From positions 1 to 55,403 of IMG/VR virus record IMGVR_UViG_3300051212_001061: a stretch of DNA of 55,403 nt; one strand, 5' to 3'. Of this stretch, positions 39,393 to 49,184 are shown piece by piece. Both the position numbers and the translations under genes were made by a program. Under the pieces are notes generated by a model, which did no database searches, had not been told where the DNA came from, and worked only from the letters and a program-made list of their open reading frames with translations. How positions within the stretch are numbered: the first letter of the stretch is position 1; the number at the start of each line of letters is the position of its first letter. This DNA is from a virus (taxonomy: Duplodnaviria > Caudoviricetes).

Positions 39393-40292
39393 ATGAAAGT
39401 ATTATTCGTAACAAACCATATTCAAGATTACATGAAAGATATGGTTTACCATGGTTTAATTGATAGTGGAATTGATGTTTATGAAACTTATCCTCCACAT
39501 TATATGATGAAATATTATCTTGATTCCGATCAATCCACTAGTTCTGATTTTATTAGAAAATTTGATGGTAATAACACTAAGGGATTTACTGTATATTGTA
39601 AGTTAGATCATCAACCAAATGTAGAAACCCCAGAAGTTATTATTGATAAGATAAAATCAAAATTCTATGATCTAGTAATTTATGGGTGTGTATATACTCA
39701 TCCTTGGTTTCCTCAAAGACAATGTTTGGATTACTTGGAATATGTTAAAGAATACTATCCAAAAAATAAAGTTCATTTTATTGATGGTGCGGATGAACCA
39801 GACGATTTTGCGGGGCAGTCTGGTTTGCATCAATATGGAATAGTATGGAAGAGAGAATTATATGATATTAGTATTGCAAATCCAATTTCTTTTGCAATAC
39901 CAGAAAGTCAATTTATAGATCATATTCCAGAAAAAGAAAAGATATTTGGGCATGTTGTTCCTGGATATGCTGACACTTATATTTTCGATGATGAAAAATT
40001 ATATTATGAAGATTACTCTAAATCTTATTACGGGAGAACATGCAAAAAAATGGGATGGGATTGTTTGCGGCATTATGAAATTCTTGCAAATAGAAGTATT
40101 CCATATTTTACTGATTTAAAAGATTGCCCCCCATATATTATGACATCTTTTCCAAAATCTCTCATTTTAGAAACAAATAAATATGCGATGAAAGGCAAAA
40201 TACATCCTCAATATGATCAAATTTGTGAATATCTTTTTGACTTTTCTAAAAAAAATTTAACAACAAAAAAATTGGCTCAATTGTTTTTTTAA
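39393..40292 (+). CDS. Putative glycosyltransferase-like protein
   Basis: FIDGAD, WKRE, PISFAIP, GWDCLRHYEI..PYF. Confidence 0.5.
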   Translation: MKVLFVTNHIQDYMKDMVYHGLIDSGIDVYETYPPHYMMKYYLDSDQSTSSDFIRKFDGNNTKGFTVYCKLDHQPNVETPEVIIDKIKSKFYDLVIYGCVYTHPWFPQRQCLDYLEYVKEYYPKNKVHFIDGADEPDDFAGQSGLHQYGIVWKRELYDISIANPISFAIPESQFIDHIPEKEKIFGHVVPGYADTYIFDDEKLYYEDYSKSYYGRTCKKMGWDCLRHYEILANRSIPYFTDLKDCPPYIMTSFPKSLILETNKYAMKGKIHPQYDQICEYLFDFSKKNLTTKKLAQLFF

Positions 40293-40295
40293 TTC

Positions 40296-41009
40296 ATGAA
40301 CATTGTAATACCAATGGCTGGGGAAGGAACTAGATTTCCCAGAGATACTTATAAAATTCCAAAACCATTAATTGAAATTAATGGAGTTCCGATGATTAAA
40401 ATGGCGACAGAATCTTTAGGATTAACTGGAACTTATCATTTTGTAATACGGAAGGATAGTTATTATGATCAGGTATGTACTCTCCTTCATGCTATTTTTC
40501 CAACATCTAAAATTATCAGTGTAGATGAAACGACTGAAGGTCCAGCATCTAGTTGTCTTCTTTTTAGAGATTTAATTGATAATGAAGATGAACTTGTAAT
40601 TGCAAATTGTGATCAAATTATGTGGTGGGATCCAGATTTATTTCTTACTGCAGCAAGATATTATAAGTATGATGGATTGATTGTTACTTACAGTACATCG
40701 ACGCCAAAAAACAGTTATGCTAGAATTGATAAAAATGGTTTTGTTCGAGAAATAAAAGAAAAAGAAGTTATAAGTGATATTTCATTAAATGGGATTCATT
40801 ATTGGAGAAAGGGAAAGTATTTTGTACAAAGTGCAGAAAGTATGATAAAATATAATGATAGAGCACCTAATGGTGAATTTTATGTTGGACCAACTTATAA
40901 TCACATGATTAACCAGGGCCTTAAAGTAGGTATTCATCACATACCCAATTGGCAGCATAATCCAGTTGGAGTTCCAGAAGATTTAGAAACTTTTATTTCA
41001 AAATTATGA
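40296..41009 (+). CDS. Sugar-phosphate nucleotidyltransferase (paralog of 1768-2490)
   Basis: IVIPMAGEGTRF, PKPLI, TEGPA, ANCDQ, EK.VIS, GEFYVGPTYN, VGVPEDL. Confidence 0.85.
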   Translation: MNIVIPMAGEGTRFPRDTYKIPKPLIEINGVPMIKMATESLGLTGTYHFVIRKDSYYDQVCTLLHAIFPTSKIISVDETTEGPASSCLLFRDLIDNEDELVIANCDQIMWWDPDLFLTAARYYKYDGLIVTYSTSTPKNSYARIDKNGFVREIKEKEVISDISLNGIHYWRKGKYFVQSAESMIKYNDRAPNGEFYVGPTYNHMINQGLKVGIHHIPNWQHNPVGVPEDLETFISKL

Positions 41010-41329
41010 ATCTGAGTAAATTAAAAGATTATCATAGGGGATGGATCATTGGTGATTTTGATCCATCTGTTTTAAGAACAAAAGATTTTGAAGTTGGAGT
41101 TCTGTTTCATCCCAAAGGTGAAAAATGGGCAGCACATTATCATAAGGATAGTGTAGAATATAATGTATTAATTAATGGAAAAATGATTATCCAGGGTAAA
41201 GAACTTAATTCTGGAGATGTATTTGTTTTTGAAAAGGGAGAAATTGCAGATCCAGTTTTTATTGAGGATTGCACAGTTTTGTGTGTAAAAGTTCCCTCCA
41301 TTCCTTTAGACAAATATGAGGTAAAATAA
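41006..41329 (+). CDS. Cupin-fold protein (possible sugar isomerase/epimerase)
   Basis: GWIIGDF, the HYHK..VEY cupin metal motif, and G.V. Confidence 0.7.
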   Translation: MNLSKLKDYHRGWIIGDFDPSVLRTKDFEVGVLFHPKGEKWAAHYHKDSVEYNVLINGKMIIQGKELNSGDVFVFEKGEIADPVFIEDCTVLCVKVPSIPLDKYEVK

Positions 41330-42045
41330 TGTACGCTTATTCGATTAAAGTAGATTTAAACAATTCTAAAACTCAATTATGTGAGTTGGGATCCAAATAT
41401 GAAACTACCAAATCTCCATTTTTGGATTTTAATTTGAACAATAATCTTGAAAGGAGAGAATGTAATTCTTATACTCCATTTTATAATTTTTTGTTCTCTT
41501 CATTGAAGTATAAAAAAATTAATTTTGGAGAAATTGGAATCTATAAAAATGGTTCAATGAAAATGTGGAGGGATTATTTTCCTAATGCTAATCTTTATGG
41601 TTGGGATTGTAAACCAGAATCTGCGGATGAACCTAGATATAGAGTTGTTGATTTTGTTGAAAAAGCAAAAAAAGACAATTTAATTAATGTCTCTTATGAT
41701 TATATGGATGTTAGGGGAGAGGAATCAATTTCTCGGGCATTGGGAAAAACAAAATGTAAATTTGACATTTTAATTGACGATTCTGATCATGAATTTTGGT
41801 CTCAAATAAAAGTGATCAGAAGTGCTCCAAATTATTTGAATCCAGGATCTTTTTTAATCATAGAAGATGTAAATTATACAGTCACTCCCGAATATTCTTT
41901 TGCAAGATATATAGAAGAAATATCTAGATATGGTCATGACGTTTACTATGATTCTATATTAAAAGTTAATACAAAACATTTTAAAGAAACAACAAGACAT
42001 CCAAACAGTTGTTTAATAGTCTTGACCAGAAATAATTTTAATTAA
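41329..42045 (+). CDS. Class I SAM-dependent (sugar) O-methyltransferase
   Basis: EIGI..GS..MW.DYFPNA.LYGWD, FDILIDDSDH, GSFLIIED. Confidence 0.8.
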   Translation: MYAYSIKVDLNNSKTQLCELGSKYETTKSPFLDFNLNNNLERRECNSYTPFYNFLFSSLKYKKINFGEIGIYKNGSMKMWRDYFPNANLYGWDCKPESADEPRYRVVDFVEKAKKDNLINVSYDYMDVRGEESISRALGKTKCKFDILIDDSDHEFWSQIKVIRSAPNYLNPGSFLIIEDVNYTVTPEYSFARYIEEISRYGHDVYYDSILKVNTKHFKETTRHPNSCLIVLTRNNFN

Positions 42046-42062
42046 AATTTGAGAGAAATGAC

Positions 42063-43301
42063 ATGAAGTTTTTTAGAGAACTGACTGAACAAGAAAAAAA
42101 TCGTTGTGTAGTTGCAACGTATAAAATGAGTTCCTTTAAAGACATTGGAACCTTAAAAGATGTTGCTTGGAACCTTGCCATAGGACAAAGTGTTGGCAAT
42201 CCTAAGATTAGAAATGCTTGGGAAACTGATGAACTTTTTGAGCAATCTTCTTGTGTTATATACGAAGAAGAAAAATATCTTGAATCTGTAGGAGCAGGAA
42301 TTGTTAAAATTGGATTCCCAATTATCAACACTGATTGGGAAGGTGATGGAATATCTCATTTGATGTGCCAATTAATGGGTGGACAACTTGATATAGATGT
42401 TGTTAGGACTTGCAGACTAGAAAAAATAGAATTTCCTAAAGAGGTTGAAGATAAATTTCTTGGACCTAAAAATGGCATTGATGGAATTCGTAAGTTTGTC
42501 AATCGTTATGATAAACCACTTTCTGGTGCTATTGTAAAACCAAAGACTGGTATTTCACCACAAACTCTTTCTGAAATGGTGAAAGAACTTCTTGATGGTG
42601 GAGTAGATTTTATTAAAGAAGATGAGATTCTTGCAAACCCATCTTTTTGTAGTCTTGAAGATCGTGTAGAACTTATTTCTAATATTGTCAACAACTGCGG
42701 TAGAAATGTCATCTATGCTTTCTGTATTAATGGTGATCATCATACCGTTCTTGATCGTGCTAAGTTTGTTGCTGATAATGGTGGAAATGGTATTCATATT
42801 AATTTTTGGTCTGGTCTTGGGGTTTATAATTCAATTAGAAAAATGGACCTACCGCTGTTTATTCACTATCAGAAGAGTGGGGACAAAATTCTTACGGATA
42901 AACGCCACGCATTTGGAATAGATTGGAATGTTCTTTGCGACCTTGCTGGTCTATGTGGTGTGGATACTATTCATGCTGGAATGTGGGGTGGATATTTAAG
43001 TGATGATGAAGATGAACTTCGTCAAACTCTTGATATTTTACATCGTCGGAATGTTCTTCCTGCATTAAGTTGTGGTATGCACCCAGGAATCGTTAATACC
43101 ACTGCAGAAAAGTTCGGAACAGATTTTCTTGCAAATTGTGGTGGAGCAATCCATGGGCACCCCGAAGGCACCTTAGCGGGCGCTCTAGCTATGCGTCAGG
43201 CAATAGATAAAACACCTGGACCAGAGTTTCGTGCTGCCATAGATAAGTGGGGTTATGAAACTGGAGGTGGATCACTTCCCGAATGGGTGCTTGAGTTTTA
43301 A
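42063..43301 (+). CDS. RuBisCO-like protein (form IV RLP)
   Basis: GP..GIDGIR, IVKPKTG, GGVDFIKEDE, GVDTIHAG, PALSCG.HP, GGAIHGHP.G..AGA.AMRQA; several carboxylation residues are substituted. Confidence 0.93.
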   Translation: MKFFRELTEQEKNRCVVATYKMSSFKDIGTLKDVAWNLAIGQSVGNPKIRNAWETDELFEQSSCVIYEEEKYLESVGAGIVKIGFPIINTDWEGDGISHLMCQLMGGQLDIDVVRTCRLEKIEFPKEVEDKFLGPKNGIDGIRKFVNRYDKPLSGAIVKPKTGISPQTLSEMVKELLDGGVDFIKEDEILANPSFCSLEDRVELISNIVNNCGRNVIYAFCINGDHHTVLDRAKFVADNGGNGIHINFWSGLGVYNSIRKMDLPLFIHYQKSGDKILTDKRHAFGIDWNVLCDLAGLCGVDTIHAGMWGGYLSDDEDELRQTLDILHRRNVLPALSCGMHPGIVNTTAEKFGTDFLANCGGAIHGHPEGTLAGALAMRQAIDKTPGPEFRAAIDKWGYETGGGSLPEWVLEF

Positions 43302-43332
43302 TTGTTTTATTTTAAATTAATCGGAGAAAAAA

Positions 43333-43980
43333 ATGGTTCCTGTTATTCCTAGTTTACAAGTATTTGTTGATAAAATTCGTGAAGTTTATGGTGATAAAGA
43401 TCCAGAAGTTATTTTAGATATTGGATCTAGAGATTTGGATTGTAGTGTAGATCTTCTTAAATATTTTCCTGAAGCGAGAATTATTGCATTTGAACCAATC
43501 CCTTGGCAATATAACAATTGTTTAGAAAGAGCAAATAAACTTTATAATATTGAAGTTTATAATTTTGCATTATCCGATGAAGAAGGTGAATTGGACTTTT
43601 GGGAAGTTCATGGAAATCCAGGAGGATCATCCATGTTTGAACCGATTGATGTTCCTTATAGTTCTGGATCATGGTCTAAAACTGTAGTTCAATCAAGAAG
43701 ATTAGATAATGTTCTAAAAAGCTTAAATGTTTCAAAAGTTGATTGTATTTGGATGGATACGCAAGGATCTGAACTCAAAGTTCTTAAAGGTATGGGAACT
43801 TATCTAGATTCTGTTAGGGCTATTCATACCGAAGCATGTCCAAAACCATATTATAAAGGGCAAGTTTTGAAGAGTGATTTGGAAAATTATTTAATTGAAA
43901 ATAATTTTATTATCGATCAATTTATAGCTGCTCCTAATCATCCTTACGATGAAGGTGATTTAATTTGCATTAAAAAATAA
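43333..43980 (+). CDS. FkbM-family methyltransferase
   Basis: ILDIGS, IAFEP, ALSD, GGSS, RLD, WMDTQGSEL.VLKG. Confidence 0.85.
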   Translation: MVPVIPSLQVFVDKIREVYGDKDPEVILDIGSRDLDCSVDLLKYFPEARIIAFEPIPWQYNNCLERANKLYNIEVYNFALSDEEGELDFWEVHGNPGGSSMFEPIDVPYSSGSWSKTVVQSRRLDNVLKSLNVSKVDCIWMDTQGSELKVLKGMGTYLDSVRAIHTEACPKPYYKGQVLKSDLENYLIENNFIIDQFIAAPNHPYDEGDLICIKK

Positions 43981-43985
43981 TTTTT

Positions 43986-44903
43986 ATGATTGATTTCAAA
44001 GTATCTTTAATATGTGCATGTAAAAATAGATATAATGCTCTTAGAGTTGCATTAAATTCTTGGTTGGCGTTTGATCAAATACATGAAATTATAATTGTTG
44101 ATTGGGATTCTGATGAATCTATTTCACATCTATCTAAATTAGATGATAGAATTAAAATTATTGAGGTTAAAAGCAAACCGTATTTTAATCAACCTCAACC
44201 TTTAAATCTTGCTGCAAGTATTGCTACTGGAAATTACATCTTAAAAGTGGATTGTGATTACATTCTCAATCCATATTATAATTTTTTTGATGCATATCCA
44301 GTAGATAATAATACTTTTATTTCTGGCAAGAGTAATTATCAAGCTCCTGAGTATTATTCCGAATCTCATGGTGGATATGTAATCGACATGCATCAAATGA
44401 GACCAGAAGAAATTGTTGATTATACTGTTTCTTATAGTCCTTATTTTAAATTTTTAATTGGTCTTTTATTAATCAGCAAAGAAAATTTCTTGAGATGTGG
44501 TGGATATAACGAAAATCTTACTAAATGTTATGCTTTTGAAGATGAAGAACTTTATGCTAGATTAAAATTGATGGGTCTTAAAGAAACTAGATTACGTCAT
44601 GATTATCATGCAATTCATATTCCTCATCCTGATAAAAAAAGAACGGAATATTTTGAGGGATTTTCTTGGGAATCTGATTTCATAAAAATGGTTCAAGAAA
44701 ATATGAGAAATCAGGGACATACTGAGCAGGAAGTTCAATGGCAAGTTGAATATGCTTTAGCTCAAAAACATATTGACCAAAATAAAGAAATGATTGGTGA
44801 AATTACCGAATATTGTGTTCAATCAAAATCAAATTGGAGAGTTTATGAGATGTGTAAAAATGTATACAACGCTATAGAAGTTTTACCATTAAATAAATTA
44901 TGA
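43986..44903 (+). CDS. GT2/GT7-like glycosyltransferase
   Basis: ACKNR, IIIVDWDS, KVDCD, GGYNE...YAFEDEELYARL. Confidence 0.75.
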   Translation: MIDFKVSLICACKNRYNALRVALNSWLAFDQIHEIIIVDWDSDESISHLSKLDDRIKIIEVKSKPYFNQPQPLNLAASIATGNYILKVDCDYILNPYYNFFDAYPVDNNTFISGKSNYQAPEYYSESHGGYVIDMHQMRPEEIVDYTVSYSPYFKFLIGLLLISKENFLRCGGYNENLTKCYAFEDEELYARLKLMGLKETRLRHDYHAIHIPHPDKKRTEYFEGFSWESDFIKMVQENMRNQGHTEQEVQWQVEYALAQKHIDQNKEMIGEITEYCVQSKSNWRVYEMCKNVYNAIEVLPLNKL

Positions 44904-45712
44904 TGTATTCTGATTTCACTTTAGTAGTTCAGGGTCCAACTAATGACTCTACTAAAATAGATTTTTTAGATTCTATAGATTACTATAAGACCCTATTCTC
45001 TAAAATAATATTATCAACTTATGACGAGCATATTTGTGATAATAAAAATCTTTTAAAAATATGTGAAGAAAAAAACATAGAAATAGTAACTCAAAGTCTA
45101 GAGAATGGAATAAACAATCTATCATTTAAAGACTTTGATGAAAATCATGACATGGATAATGATTGTGGAATTAAATTCCAAACTGTTAGTACTTTAATTG
45201 CTTTAAAAAATGTTCATACTCCTTATGTTTTAAAACACAGAGTTGATGAAAGATATTCAAATTTGCATTTGATCTTGGATAAGTTTTTATTAGATACTGA
45301 AAAATTAGTAACTGGTGGAACTTTTTTTGGGCAAAAAGTTTATTTTGAATATTGTGCAGCAGATCATTTAATGGTTTCTAGAACTGGCAAAATGATAAAC
45401 ACATTTGAAAAAACTTTAGAGATGATAAATTCTGGTATTTTAGATAGTGGACCAGAAATAATGTATACAAAAAATTTCATTAGAATTTCTGGAGAAAATC
45501 CTACAAGTGAAAATCACGATATTCTTATGAAAAAGTATATTGATTTCTTACCGGACAAATATATGGAACCATTTGTTATACGTGCAAATCATTGGAATCA
45601 GATTTGGACAACTGCAGAATCTCTGGGTCATAGAAGAAATGCCTATGAAACGATAGATGATATGATAAACAGTGAAATCGTAGTTTTAAATCAATTTTAT
45701 AATTATAGTTGA
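44900..45712 (+). CDS. WavE-like protein
   Basis: LVVQGP, IILSTY, QTVSTL.AL, LKHRVD, ADH, PE. Confidence 0.6.
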   Translation: MMYSDFTLVVQGPTNDSTKIDFLDSIDYYKTLFSKIILSTYDEHICDNKNLLKICEEKNIEIVTQSLENGINNLSFKDFDENHDMDNDCGIKFQTVSTLIALKNVHTPYVLKHRVDERYSNLHLILDKFLLDTEKLVTGGTFFGQKVYFEYCAADHLMVSRTGKMINTFEKTLEMINSGILDSGPEIMYTKNFIRISGENPTSENHDILMKKYIDFLPDKYMEPFVIRANHWNQIWTTAESLGHRRNAYETIDDMINSEIVVLNQFYNYS

Positions 45713-45718
45713 GGTAAT

Positions 45719-47104
45719 ATGAACAACTCATTAATGATGGCAAGTTATTCGGATAAAAAACAAAAATTAATTAATTTTCCAAAAGTTTATTATATTAGCT
45801 TAGAAGAAAGTGAAGACAGAAGAGAAAACTTGAGAAAAAGTTTCTTGAAATATGGAATTTATAATTTACAAGATGTAATTTCTAAAAGATATTCTGAATC
45901 GAATGATCAAGTTTCTGGACCACAATTGCATATTCTTGATGGTGGAACTATAGGATGTGTAGTTTCTCACATTAAAATGATTAAAAAGTGGTATGAAGAA
46001 ACTGATGACGAATATGCATTCTTTTGTGAAGATGATCTTAGTTTAGAAACTGTCGATAATTGGAATTTTACTTGGGATGACTTTGTAAACAATCTCCCCG
46101 AAGATTGGGATTGTGTTCAACTTTGTTGCATTAAACCCTCTCACGATTCTATTATTCTTAAAGAAAGATCTATGTATGATTGGTCAGTGACCGCATACAT
46201 TATGAAGCGCGATTATGCTAAAAAAATTATAGATCGCTATTGTTTTGGGGATAAATTTAATCTTGAGATTTATGGAACTGATTTTTATCCTATGCCAGAA
46301 ACAGTTCTTTTTTATGATATTGGAAAAGTTTACGCTGTAGATTTGTTTGTTGAGGAAGTAAAGTTTCAGTCAACATTTACTGAAACAGCAAATATTGAAG
46401 GTGGTACTAAGGACCATCATGCAGAAAGCCAAGAATTTGTGTCATCTTGGTGGGAAAAAAATGGACAGAACATTACCATTCAGGAACTTGTTGGTAATGA
46501 GCAACCAAAAACTGTAAGAGAAAAAACTGAATTGGAAGATCTCCTAACAAAATTTTCTCTTGATACTGAAAATGCAGTACATAATTTTAATCTAGGTGTT
46601 TGGTATGAAAATGGTGGTCATACTGCACCAGCTCTTTCTTACTACTTGAGAGCAGCGGAAAGATCTGAAGATGATAATCTTACTTACGAGGCACTTATTA
46701 GAGGATCTTATTGTTACGATAAGCAAGGTACTAGAGATAATAGTTCTAAATCTCTTTTAACTCAAGCACTGTGCTCAGTTCCATTAAGACCAGAAGCATA
46801 TTTTCTTTTAAGTAGATTTGCTGAACGTAGGAGTCAGTGGATGGAAGCATATACTTTTGCTTGTCAAGGTTTGGAATATGCAACATTCGATCATCCAAAT
46901 CTTATCACTGATGTTGAATATCCTGGTAAGTATGGGTTGATCTATCAGAAAGCACTTTCTGGATGGTGGTGGGGTAAGTCTGAGGAATGTAAAGAATTAT
47001 TCCAAGATCTTATGACAAACTACCAGATGGATAATTATTATCTAGAAAGATCCAAAGAACATATTGCAAGTTTTAATCTTGAAATTGTAGAAAAAAAGAA
47101 TTGA
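45719..47104 (+). CDS. GT25-like glycosyltransferase fused to a TPR-like helical domain
   Basis: YYISL...RR, GCVVSH, FCEDD, WSVTAYI; C-terminal ALSYYLRAAE, RPEAYFLLS. Confidence 0.7.
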   Translation: MNNSLMMASYSDKKQKLINFPKVYYISLEESEDRRENLRKSFLKYGIYNLQDVISKRYSESNDQVSGPQLHILDGGTIGCVVSHIKMIKKWYEETDDEYAFFCEDDLSLETVDNWNFTWDDFVNNLPEDWDCVQLCCIKPSHDSIILKERSMYDWSVTAYIMKRDYAKKIIDRYCFGDKFNLEIYGTDFYPMPETVLFYDIGKVYAVDLFVEEVKFQSTFTETANIEGGTKDHHAESQEFVSSWWEKNGQNITIQELVGNEQPKTVREKTELEDLLTKFSLDTENAVHNFNLGVWYENGGHTAPALSYYLRAAERSEDDNLTYEALIRGSYCYDKQGTRDNSSKSLLTQALCSVPLRPEAYFLLSRFAERRSQWMEAYTFACQGLEYATFDHPNLITDVEYPGKYGLIYQKALSGWWWGKSEECKELFQDLMTNYQMDNYYLERSKEHIASFNLEIVEKKN

Positions 47105-47904
47105 TGCAGAACAATAACTTTGAAAAAATTGACATTGTTCTGCAAGGAAGATACGATGAGTTTACTAATGAAGTCATAGATTCATACTTTGAATTACCTT
47201 TTGTAAATAACATCATTCTTTCTTGCTGGGAAGATGATGTTGTTACATACATTCCAAATTCAAGATTCTTTGTTGTCTCAAATAAGTTTCCAATTACTCC
47301 AGGAACAGATAATAGAAATCTACAAATTGTAACGTCTTTTGTAGGTCTTCAAAAAGTTACAACTGAATATGCTATTAAGATGAGAACTGATCAAAAATAT
47401 ACTTATCAAAGTATGTTAAACATGTATCAGTTCTTTATAGATCATAGGAATGAAGATAGAATATTTGTTCCTGGAATGTATCCTCATTTGTTATTTCACC
47501 CAAGAGATCATGTTTTCTGGGGAAAAACTGAGCATTTAATTAAAATGTTTGATATTCCTCTAGAGATAAATGGACTTATTGACAAAATAAGAATAAGCAA
47601 GTATGATCTATGGAAATATTATGGTCACTTTATAAGAACTGAAACTTATATTGGGGCACATTATTGCTCTAACTATGATGATAGAATTAAATTATTTTTA
47701 CTCTATCCAAATGAATATCTTTATGATTATGCTCCAAATTGGGAAGAAGTTTATAAAATTAGTCAAGAATTAACTAAAAAGATATTTAAATGCTTTCCCA
47801 AAACTGATATTGATCTAACGTGGCCTAAGAAAAATTTATCTTCTTATCCATATGAAGATCAAAAAAATGGATACAATGAATGTTGGCATGAAGATGGATT
47901 ATAA
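47101..47904 (+). CDS. WavE-like protein
   Basis: IVLQG, IILSCW, NLQIVTS..GL, KMRTD, FHPRDHVFWG. Confidence 0.65.
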   Translation: MMQNNNFEKIDIVLQGRYDEFTNEVIDSYFELPFVNNIILSCWEDDVVTYIPNSRFFVVSNKFPITPGTDNRNLQIVTSFVGLQKVTTEYAIKMRTDQKYTYQSMLNMYQFFIDHRNEDRIFVPGMYPHLLFHPRDHVFWGKTEHLIKMFDIPLEINGLIDKIRISKYDLWKYYGHFIRTETYIGAHYCSNYDDRIKLFLLYPNEYLYDYAPNWEEVYKISQELTKKIFKCFPKTDIDLTWPKKNLSSYPYEDQKNGYNECWHEDGL

Positions 47905-47932
47905 ATTAAATATAAATTAAATATAAATTAAT
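47901..47932. repeat. 11-bp AT-rich tandem repeat (ATAAATTAAAT, about 3 copies)
   Basis: Read directly from the sequence, upstream of glutaredoxin. Confidence 0.6.
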
Positions 47933-47952
47933 TACAATAGAAAAGGAGTTTT

Positions 47953-48189
47953 ATGAATTTTACGGTATATTCAAAACCAGATTGCCCTTATTGTTATAAA
48001 ATTAAACAAGTATTAGAATTGACAGCAAGTAACTTTGTGGTTTATAATTTAGGAGAGCACTTTACTAAAGAAGAATTTTATTCCGAATTTGGTAAAGGAA
48101 CCACATTCCCTCAAGTTATTTGTAATGACAAAAAACTTGGTGGGTGTACAGATACTATTAACTTTTTGAAAGAGAATAAAGTTGTCTAA
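47953..48189 (+). CDS. nrdC: Glutaredoxin
   Basis: CPYC active site, TFPQV, LGGC; AAGGAG RBS. Confidence 0.9.
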   Translation: MNFTVYSKPDCPYCYKIKQVLELTASNFVVYNLGEHFTKEEFYSEFGKGTTFPQVICNDKKLGGCTDTINFLKENKVV

Positions 48190-48367
48190 TACTAACCTAA
48201 ATAATTTTGACAACCATATTAATCGTGGTTTTGAATTTATCTTAAACGGAGGTAAAAGAAAGCAACCCAAAAATATTCATATTGTTTTTGAAAAGTTGGT
48301 TTGCTTTCTGAACAGGGAAGTGACCATCTACTTAGAATTTTCTTTACACGCAAAAAGAAAAAGGTAG
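48182..48367 (+). CDS. Hypothetical protein
   Basis: 61-aa ORF in the operon. Confidence 0.5.
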   Translation: MSNTNLNNFDNHINRGFEFILNGGKRKQPKNIHIVFEKLVCFLNREVTIYLEFSLHAKRKR

Positions 48368-48385
48368 TTCCCAGGAGAAAAAAAA

Positions 48386-48616
48386 ATGTTAGCAACAAGT
48401 TTAGTGTTTGGATCATTTTTAACCATTTTATTTTTTGTTGTTGGGATACTATTTGGATGGGTCGCTAGAGAATACATGATGAATTACAGGGAAATACCAA
48501 GACCTCACCCTGAAATGTTTGATTCGCAGGGTAATCTAATACCCGATGAGGTAATTGCATTTAATTTTGAGAACTATTATGACAACAACGACGACAACGC
48601 AGAAGAAGAAGACTAG
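48386..48616 (+). CDS. Small membrane protein
   Basis: N-terminal TM helix followed by HPEMFD..G; AGGAG RBS. Confidence 0.65.
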   Translation: MLATSLVFGSFLTILFFVVGILFGWVAREYMMNYREIPRPHPEMFDSQGNLIPDEVIAFNFENYYDNNDDNAEEED

Positions 48617-49184
48617 TTCTTCTAAAGTAAATACAACTGTTAAAAAAATATCTGAAGATCTTCCTGTAAATCCATTTGCTTTTGAAGTTTTAGAATTAGT
48701 TTCTAAACAAAGAACTAATGCTAAAAAAATCGAATTGCTTAAGAAATATGAAGATCCTTCTCTTAAGGCTATTTTTATTTGGAATTTTGACGAAAGTTTA
48801 ATTTCAGCACTTCCAGAAGGAGATGTTCCTTACGCAAGCACTGGAGAACAAAATTCATTTAGTGGTACGGTAAGTGATAAGGTTAGGGATGCTGTTGGTA
48901 AAATGCAAGAATTGGGTTCCAATTCTCTTGGCATGAATGATCAGGGTCAAATTACAATTCGTAAAGAATATACTAGATTTTATAATTTTATTCGTGGTGG
49001 AAATGATGGACTAAGTTCTCTTCGAAGAGAGACTATGTTTATTAATATTCTTCAAGGACTTCATCCTCTTGAAGCAGAAATTCTTTGCCTTGTTAAAGAT
49101 AAAAAATTAGAAACGAAATATAAAATTTCTAAAGAAATTGTTTCCGAATCTTATCCTGATATTAAATGGGGAAATCGTGTATGA
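48579..49184 (+). CDS. Conserved T4-like phage hypothetical protein
   Basis: WNFD, LPEG.VPY, RRETMFINILQGLHPLEAE. Confidence 0.7.
   Translation: MTTTTTTQKKKTSSSKVNTTVKKISEDLPVNPFAFEVLELVSKQRTNAKKIELLKKYEDPSLKAIFIWNFDESLISALPEGDVPYASTGEQNSFSGTVSDKVRDAVGKMQELGSNSLGMNDQGQITIRKEYTRFYNFIRGGNDGLSSLRRETMFINILQGLHPLEAEILCLVKDKKLETKYKISKEIVSESYPDIKWGNRV

Noticed and set aside
42063-43301. Bona fide CO2-fixing RuBisCO (rbcL) as a photosynthesis AMG
   Set aside because: Residues equivalent to E60, N123, H294 and K334 appear substituted, there is no rbcS or chaperone nearby, and the context is glycan biosynthesis
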